This document shows positions 52,100 through 62,795 of a stretch of DNA of 64,000 nt, one piece after another (the stretch's first letter is position 1; each line of letters opens with the position of its first letter). The DNA comes from Schmidtea polychroa (taxonomy: Eukaryota). A program made the position numbers and the translations under genes. The notes under the pieces are model-generated. The model did not search any database and was not told where the DNA came from. It was given only the letters and a program-made list of their open reading frames with translations. The stretch spans positions 13,704,001 through 13,768,000 of the forward strand of contig CM097885.1 in assembly GCA_044892525.1 (NCBI GenBank), in the 5' to 3' direction.

Positions 52100-52146
52100 A
52101 ACAGCAGCTGGCGCAGTTTACTAATTTTTAATTTTTATAATAAAAA

Positions 52147-53463
52147 ATGAATAATATAAATCTCGAGATTTCAGAAAAAAATAAATTAAATCTTGATTAT
52201 AATAAAGAATTTACTCATGAAATCAAGAAAAATGATGTACTTAAAATCTCCCCAACTTCAGGATCTATAGCAAATTTAAATCGTGGAGGTGATATAGTTT
52301 TTCAATCCCTTCAAACCTCAAACCCAATAGATATTTGTAATACAAGATTATATTATAAAATTGAATTAGAAATTGAAGCAAATAAAGATTTAACTCTAGA
52401 AAATAATTTCTTTCCAAGTTTATTCAACAACATGAGATTAAAACTAGGATCATCAGAAATTGAAACTGTTTTATATCCAGGAGTATATTCTACAATGTTA
52501 AATTTTATATTAACTGGTTGTGATTATAAAAATGAAAGTGATGAGTTAACGGGTTGGATTCCTGATGTTAATAAAGGTGATTTAGATAAAGATGGTTTAG
52601 ATATAAATTATGGATATTATAAAAGAGTTGAACTTTATAAATCTAAAAAATTTGAAGGTTATTTTGAATTAAAACACTTATTTGTATTCCTTCAAAAATA
52701 TAATCGAGTACTTCATAATGTTTTTATAGAATTAATCTGTAATAGAAAAGAAGATGATAAAACAATATTCTATGGAGCTGCAGATACAAAAGCTAAATTA
52801 AAATTATCAACACTTGAATTGCATATACCTGAATGGACATTAAATCCTCATTCTGAAATCAAACTCCTTGAAAGATTAAATTCCAACAAATCTATAAATG
52901 TAAATTATTTAAATAGAATCTGTAGTGAATTTAATATGACAGAGGGATCGACTTACTCTATAAAAGTAGCAAATTTAGCATACCGACCGAGATATATCCT
53001 GATTGGATTTAAAGAAACAGATTCATCATTCGAAAAGAATAACAACTTGTTTATTCAAAAGATTGGAGATGATAATTTAAAATCAATCCAAATTCAATTA
53101 AATAGTTCTTATTATCCAATAAATAGAATGGAATTTAATATTGAAAATAATGAAAACATATTCCCATATCTAAATTATATTGAAACATGTTATGATTTTA
53201 AAGTTAAACCACAATTAAGTTTAGAAGATTTCAAAAATTTATATTCTATATTTTGTATAAATGTATCAGATCAAGATGATCGTCTAGCTATAAATAATGT
53301 TGATGTTACACTTCATGTAACAAAGGATTCTAATTTTAAAGCTAAAGTATATACGTTAATATTAGAAGAAAAGAAAATAGAAATGAAATTATATGGTGGA
53401 AAGATTTCAATAATTGAAAATGTACGAGGTGATAATATCTCTATAAAAAATGTCTCTAAATAA
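52147..53463 (+). CDS. Major capsid protein (double jelly-roll)
   Basis: 438-aa intact ORF; size, gene context and RPRYILIGF / YP..RMEF / SIFCINVS pattern. Confidence 0.8.
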   Translation: MNNINLEISEKNKLNLDYNKEFTHEIKKNDVLKISPTSGSIANLNRGGDIVFQSLQTSNPIDICNTRLYYKIELEIEANKDLTLENNFFPSLFNNMRLKLGSSEIETVLYPGVYSTMLNFILTGCDYKNESDELTGWIPDVNKGDLDKDGLDINYGYYKRVELYKSKKFEGYFELKHLFVFLQKYNRVLHNVFIELICNRKEDDKTIFYGAADTKAKLKLSTLELHIPEWTLNPHSEIKLLERLNSNKSINVNYLNRICSEFNMTEGSTYSIKVANLAYRPRYILIGFKETDSSFEKNNNLFIQKIGDDNLKSIQIQLNSSYYPINRMEFNIENNENIFPYLNYIETCYDFKVKPQLSLEDFKNLYSIFCINVSDQDDRLAINNVDVTLHVTKDSNFKAKVYTLILEEKKIEMKLYGGKISIIENVRGDNISIKNVSK

Positions 53464-54823
53464 ACCATATTGGAAATGTGAAATTTGTAATTGCCAAGTT
53501 AGAAAACATCATAAAGCAAGTCATGTTAAAACTAAAAAACATACAACCCGAGTCGGAGGAGATCTTCAATCTTCAAAAACAACATCTTCAATATTGAAAC
53601 CCTTTACTACTGAAAAATATCCAGGTGAAAGGCATTTATTCCATCACAATTTTACTGGACCTGGAACCCGTCTAGATATTAGACTTGATGAAAATAATAA
53701 TCCTAAACCTGGAGAAGAACCAGTGAATAGAATTGATCAAGCAGCTTTAAAACATGATATTGCTTACAATTCTGAAGACCTTAGGGATAGACACCTTGCA
53801 GATGTTAATTTAATACATGATTTAAATAATATAGAAAACCCATCAACCCAAGAAAAGATTCAAAGAGCTCTAGTTAAATTAGCAATGAAAGGTAAGATCT
53901 TTTTTGGAGCCGGAGCAGGACACCCTAGAATAGCAAAAGATATTGCCAACAAAAAGATTATTCAACAAGCAGACGCTGAAAGATCCAAGACTAATTCTAC
54001 AAATTTACAAACCCCAACAGAATCACAAATAAAATATGCCAATGAATTACACCATGAATTTAGAAAAAATAAAAAATATTTAAAAGTTCAAGTACATGAA
54101 AAAGATCAAACATGGTCCGCTGATTTAGTCTTTATGCCAACCAAATCATCAGACCCTGAAAAATATAAAATAATTTTAACAGTAATAGATTTATATACAA
54201 GATTTGCTTTTGCAAGATGTTTAGAAAGCAAAACAGGATATTCAATTACAGAAGCATTTGAAAATATATTTGAAGAACATCAAAGAATTCCAAAATATTT
54301 ATGGTGTGATAAAGGAACAGAATTTTATAACAAAGTTTTTACAAAGTTTTTAAATGAAAATGATATTAAATTATATTCAACAGAAAATGAAGGAAAAGCA
54401 GTTGTAGTTGAAAGATTAAATAGAACATTAAAAAATAAAATGTGGAAATATTTTACTGCTATTGGAAAACAAAAATGGAACAATGAATTGTTACAAAAGA
54501 TTGTAAATGAATATAATAATGATGTACATAGGTCTATAAAATCAACACCTTTAAATGCTTCCTTGAATCCTTTAAAACTGATGAATCCTGAACCCGCTAA
54601 AGTGGTAAATGAAAAACCAAAGTTTAAAATTGGTGACCGAGTAAGAATATTTAAATATAAAAATAAATTTGAAAAAGGATTCACAGCAAAATGGACAAAT
54701 GAAATTTTTATTATAAATAAAATACATTATACAATTCCAATAACATATAGCATCATTGATTTAAATAATGAAAAAATATTAGGTAGATTTTATAATAATG
54801 AACTACAGAAAACAGATTTCTAA
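53450..54823 (+). CDS. ZnF-PLA2-integrase fusion protein
   Basis: CEICNC..HHKASHVKTKKH; NFTGPGT..DQAALKHDIAY; rve DDE core; intact 457 aa. Confidence 0.92.
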   Translation: MSLNKPYWKCEICNCQVRKHHKASHVKTKKHTTRVGGDLQSSKTTSSILKPFTTEKYPGERHLFHHNFTGPGTRLDIRLDENNNPKPGEEPVNRIDQAALKHDIAYNSEDLRDRHLADVNLIHDLNNIENPSTQEKIQRALVKLAMKGKIFFGAGAGHPRIAKDIANKKIIQQADAERSKTNSTNLQTPTESQIKYANELHHEFRKNKKYLKVQVHEKDQTWSADLVFMPTKSSDPEKYKIILTVIDLYTRFAFARCLESKTGYSITEAFENIFEEHQRIPKYLWCDKGTEFYNKVFTKFLNENDIKLYSTENEGKAVVVERLNRTLKNKMWKYFTAIGKQKWNNELLQKIVNEYNNDVHRSIKSTPLNASLNPLKLMNPEPAKVVNEKPKFKIGDRVRIFKYKNKFEKGFTAKWTNEIFIINKIHYTIPITYSIIDLNNEKILGRFYNNELQKTDF

Positions 54824-54834
54824 GTCGACAAGCT

Positions 54835-55635
54835 CTAAAACAAACTTTTCCATATTTCAGCCTCTTCTCTATCTAAATAAATATAATTATATTTTTCTTT
54901 CCAATGATTATCTACAAACATATCAAACATTTGCTTATCAGGTTCAACATTTGAAAATAAATCACTATAAATCATATTCTTATCACGCTTTTCTAATTTA
55001 AAAAATATAAAACAATTGGAATTATTTCGTATAGAGTTTTTATCCAAAGCATAATAGGTTTGAGAAATATAAATAACATTACAATTATTATGTCGACCTC
55101 GTGTAAAGTAACTCTTTTGAATCTCTTGGTTTTTCATATTGACAACATCATCAAATATAACTAGATTCTTTTTATCTTTAGGAAGTAAATCACAATGCAA
55201 AACATCTTCAGGTTTATTAGAGAATAAAACTTGGATCTCAGAATGGACTGTCCCAGACTCTTCACAAATATAATCACTTTTATTATCAATATCTAATTCT
55301 AAAATCTTTTCCTTGTACCAATCAACCATATCACAAGGTTGAAAAACCTCGTCAGGACATCTATGTTGATTTTTAAAAATATCAATTATAGCCTTTTTAG
55401 TTAATTTATTTTCAAATCCATATTTCAAAAGTTGTAACTCTGGTTGGTTTATGGTTGTAGAATAAAAGATTAAATTATTATAATCTAAAAAACCATCTTC
55501 AAGCAACATTCTCAAAAGAAGTACATTCTTACTACATCCAGAAGACCCAACGATTAATAATCTAAAATTATCAGGAAATAATTTATTTTTAAATTTAGAT
55601 TTATGTCTATTTAAAATTGGTTTCCAAGTATCCAT
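54835..55635 (-). CDS. Packaging ATPase with altered Walker A (GSSGCSKN)
   Basis: Homolog of 6051-6857; Walker B VIFDD, RGRH. Confidence 0.87.
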   Translation of the reverse strand: MDTWKPILNRHKSKFKNKLFPDNFRLLIVGSSGCSKNVLLLRMLLEDGFLDYNNLIFYSTTINQPELQLLKYGFENKLTKKAIIDIFKNQHRCPDEVFQPCDMVDWYKEKILELDIDNKSDYICEESGTVHSEIQVLFSNKPEDVLHCDLLPKDKKNLVIFDDVVNMKNQEIQKSYFTRGRHNNCNVIYISQTYYALDKNSIRNNSNCFIFFKLEKRDKNMIYSDLFSNVEPDKQMFDMFVDNHWKEKYNYIYLDREEAEIWKSLF

Positions 55636-55651
55636 TTTTATTTATTATAAA

Positions 55652-56278
55652 ATGACAACTGAAGAATCTTTGAAAGAATTAATAAATTCAAACAAGAGTA
55701 AATCAGTAGTAATTAATGGTAAAAAATACTTTATTGGAAAACATGTAAAAGAACAGGTTAAAAAGGCGCAAGCGAAGAAACAGAAGACTGGTGGTATTCT
55801 TCCATTAGCTGCTTTAATACCTGCAATCATTGCCGGCTTATCAGGTGCTGCTGGCATAGCTGGAGGAATTGCAACTACGGTTCAAAAAGCTAAAGAATCT
55901 CAAAAGACAGACTTGGAAAAAGAAAAACTTCAAACTGAAATCGATTCACTGAAGAAGAAGGGGACTGGACTTTATCGTAAACCATATGAGGGTAAGGGTT
56001 TATATCTTGCACCCTATAAAGGTCGAGGTTTAAATGATTTTTTAAAAAATCAAATTTTAAAAGATAAATCTTTATCATCAAAAGATAAAGATGATTTAAA
56101 AAAAATCTGTAAGTCTTTAAAGAAAGGATGTCTTTGTAAAATCGGAGGAACTCCCCATAAAAAAGGTAAGGGTTTATATTTTCAAGTTGATGAGTCTGAA
56201 GGTCAAATGTCTGAAGAAGAAGAGTCCGAAGGTCAAATGTCCGAAGAAGAAGAAGAGTCTGAAGGTCAAATATGGTAA
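55652..56278 (+). CDS. Putative core/membrane-lytic virion precursor with acidic repeat tail
   Basis: Homolog of 5457-6035; C-terminal ESEGQ(MSEEE) x3. Confidence 0.7.
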   Translation: MTTEESLKELINSNKSKSVVINGKKYFIGKHVKEQVKKAQAKKQKTGGILPLAALIPAIIAGLSGAAGIAGGIATTVQKAKESQKTDLEKEKLQTEIDSLKKKGTGLYRKPYEGKGLYLAPYKGRGLNDFLKNQILKDKSLSSKDKDDLKKICKSLKKGCLCKIGGTPHKKGKGLYFQVDESEGQMSEEEESEGQMSEEEEESEGQIW

Positions 56279-56293
56279 ATTGATGGTATAAAA

Positions 56294-57154
56294 ATGGTAT
56301 TCGAAGAAAGATTAGCACTTTTAAAAAAATTACAATCAGAACAAGACAAGTATAATATAAAAGATACGACTCAACGCTCTGAATCTTTAGTATTAAATAC
56401 TGCAATGACTCAACAACAACAACCGATAATTAAAGCCATAGAAGGTATAAAGCAAGGACCTACAGAGAGTCCAAGTGACGGGAGTCCAAGGACTAAAGCA
56501 TTGGAGTGGTCACCCACTGAAAAGTCTGTCAAAGAGTCTACCGAAGGTCGTTCCGAAAGGAATCAAGGAAAACGTAGAAAACTCTCAGGTGTAGAAGAAG
56601 AAATACTTTCAAATACAAAACCTCTTAAAGTTGATCCTAAAGTTAGAGGGGGTTTATCTGTTTCGATTAAACCTATATTTAATATTACTCCTGAAGGATA
56701 TCAAATTATAACAATTAATAAACAAAACTTTACTTTATATATAAACTCTGAAGGTAAATCACGTATTCATTCTCAAAATCATTATAATAACGAATATTTA
56801 GACTTTGAATTTACAGATGATTTTTATAGATTAATTTGTGGATATCTTTCAGATAATGTTGAAGAAATTAAAAAATATTTAAATTTTATAAAATTAATAA
56901 AAGGTAGTCCAAAAGCAAAACATATTCAATATTTAAATAATTATATAAATAAAAATCCAAAGGGTTATGTTGTTACAGAGCCGAAGGAGGGCAAGGGCCT
57001 AGATCCGATCTCTAAGTTTATAGAATTGAGAAAACTATTAGCTGCTAAAAAAGCAGGACATAATAATTTAAATTCTGATATTTTAAAGATTTCTAAAGAT
57101 TTATTTAAACAAGGAATGCTTTCAAAAAGTAAATTTAAAAAATATATAAAATGA
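56294..57154 (+). CDS. Conserved hypothetical Polinton protein
   Basis: Homolog of 4553-5434. Confidence 0.75.
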   Translation: MVFEERLALLKKLQSEQDKYNIKDTTQRSESLVLNTAMTQQQQPIIKAIEGIKQGPTESPSDGSPRTKALEWSPTEKSVKESTEGRSERNQGKRRKLSGVEEEILSNTKPLKVDPKVRGGLSVSIKPIFNITPEGYQIITINKQNFTLYINSEGKSRIHSQNHYNNEYLDFEFTDDFYRLICGYLSDNVEEIKKYLNFIKLIKGSPKAKHIQYLNNYINKNPKGYVVTEPKEGKGLDPISKFIELRKLLAAKKAGHNNLNSDILKISKDLFKQGMLSKSKFKKYIK

Positions 57155-57600
57155 CTACTCCGGGGGTATTGGATTTTTTAAAAACATTTGGAGTAAATGC
57201 AAAAACAAATTTTGATTTAAAAGATCATGCAGATTATTTAAATTTAAAAATAAAAATATTAATGAATGATGAATTGAAAGGACGAAGGTCAAAGGATAAT
57301 ATAATAATCAATTATCAAAATTCAAATGAAAAAGGATCTCATTGGGTTTGTATATATGGGGACGAAGTCCCTATCTACTTTGATTCTTTTGGGATTAAAC
57401 CCACTAAAGAAGTTGAAGAATATCTCTCGAAGAGTTCCTTGAGTAGTTCCTACACCTTTAATTCCTTACAAGTTCAACCTGATAATACTAAAATATGTGG
57501 GGTTTTAAGTTTATATGTTTTGTACAGATTGAATACCGGGACTTCATCCTTTAAATCTATAATCCATGAAATTTATAAAGATTTAAAACCTCTGTTATAA
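57151..57600 (+). CDS. Adenain-like cysteine protease
   Basis: GSHWVC..YFDSFG..QVQ..CG. Confidence 0.9.
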   Translation: MTTPGVLDFLKTFGVNAKTNFDLKDHADYLNLKIKILMNDELKGRRSKDNIIINYQNSNEKGSHWVCIYGDEVPIYFDSFGIKPTKEVEEYLSKSSLSSSYTFNSLQVQPDNTKICGVLSLYVLYRLNTGTSSFKSIIHEIYKDLKPLL

Positions 57601-58340
57601 AATGGAAGGTACTTTAAAAAAAATGGTAAATATAATGTCGAGTAAATATTCAAGAAGTTTATTAATAAACTCAAAAGAATCGGATTTTACTATAACCTTT
57701 GAAGATTCAATAAATTTAGATCAAGATTTAAACTATGAACTAGGACTCTTGTGGTTTAGCTGCTTTAATACTATTTTTAATATAACTAGTAGTAATAATA
57801 AATTTATTATTAACCCAACGTCGGGACACATCGTTAAAACAATCGAGCCAGGATCATATGAAATAGAAGATTTAGCTAAAGCAATTAAAAAAGAAACAGA
57901 TGGAGCTGTAGAAATAAAAATAGATATTCCAACTTCTAAATGTATTACATCTTTAAAAGATATTAAACTTGTTATTACTACTTCTAGTTTCTTTCATACA
58001 ATTTTAGGTTTTGAAAGTGGAAGATGTGAGGAGTTAAAATTAAAATACTAAATTAAATTAGTTCATGATTAAAATTTGTAAAATTTTAATTGAAACTTAA
58101 ATTATTTTAAGATATTAAAATTGAAATGATAATTGAAATTTTAAAATAAAATAATTTTTAATAAAATTGAAATTCAAGTATGAATGCGATGGTATGTTGA
58201 TATTTGGTTGAAATTAAAATTTAGAAAATACCCCAAGAATATTTGTTTATATAATCAGATTTAATGAAATATAATTTTGGATTTAATAGTCTTAGTAATT
58301 TATTTTGATGACAGAAGAATTAAATGTTATAGCTTCTAAC

Positions 58341-59426
58341 ATGGCGACCATTCCAACGGATCTGCTTATTGGAAGATTACTTCCAGAAAAATTCCACAGA
58401 GGAGATGACCTCGAATTATTTATCAAAGAATGTCAGAGGTTCTTTGAAATAACGAAGACACCAGTGAAGACCCAAATGGTACTAGTTATTACACTTCTGG
58501 ACAGGACTTTGATTGAAGAATATGAAACCGCAGAAGGTAAAACCGTTGAACAGAAATTAAGAGCAGCTTTTCGTCGACCAACGTCATTGATTGATGACTT
58601 AAGAGAAGCCTTGAACTACGAGCAAGGTAACGAATCAGCGGAAATATTTATAGAGAAAATATCAAAAATGACTAAAAAATTGGCCTCACACACTTGGAAT
58701 GAGGAAGAAATTCAGAAATGTTTTTTGACACATTGTGTAAAAGATAAAGAAGTCAGGAAAGAAATCGAAATGAAAGATCTCAAAACGGCGGAACAAATTA
58801 AAGAAACTATAAAGAAGATAGAAAAAGTTAACAAGGTTATTGAACAAGTAAACACGGTGAGATCAATACGACCTACAACTGGGGGAAGAACTTATAGAGA
58901 TGTAGTACAAGTTGGAGCCACGAAGAGAGAAATCAACGAATGGAAACCAGAGACAAGAATTAAAGTGATAGAATGCTGGACGTGTCAAAAACCGGGACAC
59001 AGTAGCAGAGAATGTAATATAAAAAGAAGATTTCAATGTTATGCATGTGGTGTTGAAGGTCACATACGAAGAGAATGCCCAACAATCAAATGTCATAGAT
59101 GCAATGCACGAGGACACAAAGAAAGAGAGTGCCACACAAATATGGAAAGACGAAATAAAGGAAGAGATCGAGACCAAAGGAAGATGTCAGGAGGAAGAAT
59201 TCAAAGAAATACCGATCAACAAAGGGAAGATATGTATCAATCAAGGAACGTACATCAAAGACAATGGGGAAACCAACAATATAACAGAAAAGATATTGCA
59301 GCTATCGAGTCTGATGATGAGATGATGAATACAAAACAGTCAAGCCAGCCATACGAGTATAACAGGGAGAATGACCCAAACGAGCACGCTCCGTCAAACG
59401 GGACATTGATCGGAGCAACTTACTAA
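58341..59426 (+). CDS. gag: Gag with three CCHC zinc knuckles
   Basis: CWTCQKPGHSSREC, CYACGVEGHIRREC, CHRCNARGHKEREC. Confidence 0.92.
   Translation: MATIPTDLLIGRLLPEKFHRGDDLELFIKECQRFFEITKTPVKTQMVLVITLLDRTLIEEYETAEGKTVEQKLRAAFRRPTSLIDDLREALNYEQGNESAEIFIEKISKMTKKLASHTWNEEEIQKCFLTHCVKDKEVRKEIEMKDLKTAEQIKETIKKIEKVNKVIEQVNTVRSIRPTTGGRTYRDVVQVGATKREINEWKPETRIKVIECWTCQKPGHSSRECNIKRRFQCYACGVEGHIRRECPTIKCHRCNARGHKERECHTNMERRNKGRDRDQRKMSGGRIQRNTDQQREDMYQSRNVHQRQWGNQQYNRKDIAAIESDDEMMNTKQSSQPYEYNRENDPNEHAPSNGTLIGATY
59375..59416 (+). promoter_or_regulatory. -1 ribosomal frameshift signal (gag-pol)
   Basis: C CCA AAC in gag phase, 6-nt spacer, then stem GCTCCG-TCAA / TTGA-T-CGGAGC; the -1 frame is the pol frame. 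Confidence 0.7.
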
Positions 59427-62400
59427 GTAATATTGATTTCAACCAAAGAATGAATGCTAACGGTATGTGTAATTTAAGTATGTATGATGATTGTATGATT
59501 GATAAAGATTGTACTGTTTTTGAACGTGATATTAATAATAATAGTAGTGTAGAAATCAAAAAGTCGAATGATAAGGAAATTCAGAAATAATTTAAAGAGG
59601 AGTGTAAAGTAAATGAATTAGTAAAACACGAGGAAAGAACTATAGAGAAAATTTACAAATTCCTTAAGAAAAATGGAGACGTGTGTATTAATGAAATTGT
59701 AGAAGATACTAGAGAGCAGAATATTTTGTCAGTAGAAGAACAAAAAAGTCCAGTAATAACATATAATATAATGCAAGGTAGACCGAGTACAACACTGGAT
59801 ATCCAAGGGCGGAAAGTAGATTGTTTATTGGATACAGGAGCGCGAATTAATGTGATGGCTAAATCTGTAATTGATCGATTAGAAAATATCGAAATATTAG
59901 AAACAAGGGAATCGCTAAGATGTGCAAACAACAGTAGATTAGAAACTATGGGTAAAATAAGCATCAATGTTAAAATGGGCAGTATTGAAAGAAATGTAAC
60001 ATTCATTATAGTAAAGAATTTAATACCAGAAATTATTGGAGGAGTAGAACTACAAAGGTTATTTGGTATAGAATTGAAATGTATACTAGAAGAACATGAA
60101 AAACGTAGTGATTTCATTTGCGAAATAGAAGCTAGATTTGGGCGGATTATAACAGATGAAGAAAGATTACGTCATGCCATCGACGTTTTAAAAGTTACCG
60201 GAAATAAGAGACTGCTAGAAATATTTCAGGCAAACAAGAATGTTTTTATGGCAGATAAATGGGACATTGGGTGTACCAATCTGATAAAACATAAGATCAT
60301 CACGAAAGGAGAGCCAATAATGATTAAACCGAGACGTCAGCCAATAAATTTGGAAGACAAGATTGAGGAAGCAATAAAAAATCTAGAAAACAACGGAATA
60401 ATTAGGAAGTGTAATTCACCGTGGAACACACCTTTAGTTTGTGTATGGAAGAAAGAGAAAAAAGACATCAGGCTTTGTCTAGACTTCAGACAATTAAACA
60501 AGATAACAGAAAGACAAGCATTTCCAATGCCAAATGTAGATGAAATTTTAGACATCCTACACGGATCCAGATATTTTAGCTCAATCGACTTGGGAAATGC
60601 TTATTACCAAGTGAAGTTAGATAAAGAATCTCAAGAGAAAACAGCATTCTCAACAAAAGAAGGACAGTTCTGTTTTAACAGGATGCCGTTCGGTATTGCA
60701 GCGGCACCAGGAACATTTCAAGAATTAATGACGAAAGTATTGAAAGATTTGTGGAAAGATGGAGTGATGGTATATTTAGACGACATCCTAATATTCACAA
60801 AGACAGAAGAAGACCATTATAACATATTTGGAAAAGTCCTAGGGAAGATCGCAACAGCAGGACTAAGATTGAACCCCCTAAAAATGTCAAATATTTAGAA
60901 AAGAAGTGAAGTTTTTGGGACACATAATAAATAAAGACGGCATACAAACAGATAATACTAAGATAGAAGCAATACAATCATTTCAAAAGCCAAAATGTGT
61001 AAAGAATCTGAGGAGCTTTCTGGGTATCTGTAACTATTATCGACGGTTCATAAAAGACTATGCAAAGAAGGCAAGAGCACTAGATAGCATATGCGGAAAA
61101 AACAATGAGAAAATAAGATGGACAGAGATGTGTGAAAAGGCTTTCGGGGAAATGAAAGAAGCATTGATAACCGCCCCAGTATTGGTATTTCCAGATTTCA
61201 GAAAAGAATTTATATTAGACACAGACGCGAGCTTCGATACTATTGGAGCAGTTCTTTCGCAAAAGGATGAAAAAGGACATGAACATGTCATTGCATATGG
61301 TTCACATGCGATGAGCAGCCACGAAAAAGGATACTGCATTACCAGAAAAGAATTATTGGCAATATACTATTTTTGTAAATATTTCAACCATTACTTATAT
61401 GGTAAGAGATTCGTACTGAGAACGGACCATAAAGCTATTACGTTTATGGTAACAACGAAGAAACCAATAACTGCTCAATTCCAGACATGGATCAACTATT
61501 TAAGCAGCCTGGATATTAAAATGGAATACAGGAAAGGAACAAGCCATACAAACGCGGATATGCTATCCAGGAAAACATGCGGAACATGTGTACAGTGTAT
61601 GATGGAACACGAAGACCCAAAAACCGGCAAAATTAAAACCAGAATATTAACAGTAACAGCAGAAGGCGGATATAACAAGTGGCAAAATGACAATATGGAG
61701 GTCCAAGAAATAAAGAATAAGTTAGAAAATAAAGATTGTAAGTTCATAATAGAAAACAACACGGTACTAACTAAGCAAGGTAAAATATGGATACCGTCAG
61801 ATAATAGACAGAGGATGATAAAAGAAGTACACGTATTGCTGTGCCATGCAGGTGCACAGAAAGTAACGAAATATATCCAGAATAACTGCGACATGGAAAA
61901 TTTAGCAACGGAAGTAAAAAAGGTAATTGAGAACTGCGAAAGATGTCAGAAAATGAAAACGATAACAACCAAGACAAAGGAGGAAACTCAAACAATAAAG
62001 AGTACAGAACCATTCGAGAAGATATATATGGATATATGTGGGCCATTGAAAGAAACGTTCAACAAAAAGAAATATATTTGCGGAATCATTGACCACTATA
62101 GTAAATACATCTCATTAACGGCCATAAACAAGCAAGACGAAAAAACAATTAGTGAGACGTTATTAAATAAATGGATATTAAAGTTTGGAGCTCCAAAAGA
62201 ACTTCATGTAGATTGTGGGAAGAACTTTGAAGCAAGAAGTATAAAAGAACTAGCAAAGGCAGCTGGCATTGAATTAATTTTCTCAAGCCCATATCACCAT
62301 AACACGAATGGTATTATTGAAAGACAATTCAGAACAATCAGAGAGTATATTAATGCGTCATTGAATGAAGGAGGAAGGAAAAACTGGGCTGATATAGTGC

Positions 62401-62795
62401 CAGAAATAGAATATACTTTAAATGCAACAGTTCAAAAAACAACGGGAGTAAGCCCAGCAGAGATTATATTTGGGAGGAAAATCGACAGAATGAAATGGTA
62501 CTCGAATAAAGAAATAAATAGAGAAGATATGGAAAAGAGAATAGAGGATAAAACACTAAAACCAAAAATAAGCAAAACAGTGAGAGATTTTGAAATGGAA
62601 GATTTGGTTTTGATCAAACAAGAAATTCGAAATAAAGACGATGAAAGGTGGGAAGGGCCGTACAAAGTGATAAAGAAAATACATGAACGGAGCTACTTAC
62701 TTAAAGATCAAAATGGGAAGATGGTAGTCAGAAATGTTGAGAAGATCAAACATTTTAAAAAAGGGGGATGTGAGGAGTTAAAATTAAAATACTAA
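59378..62795 (+). pseudogene. pol: Pol (PR-RT-RH-IN) with TAA at 59588 and frameshift near 60878
   Basis: LLDTGA, YLDD, DTDAS, HHCC and DDE integrase motifs, GPY; the stop codon lies inside the 3' LTR. Confidence 0.9.

Noticed and set aside
41144..62665. Antisense ORFs overlapping Gypsy and Polinton genes
   Set aside because: Shadow frames of real coding sequences with no independent support
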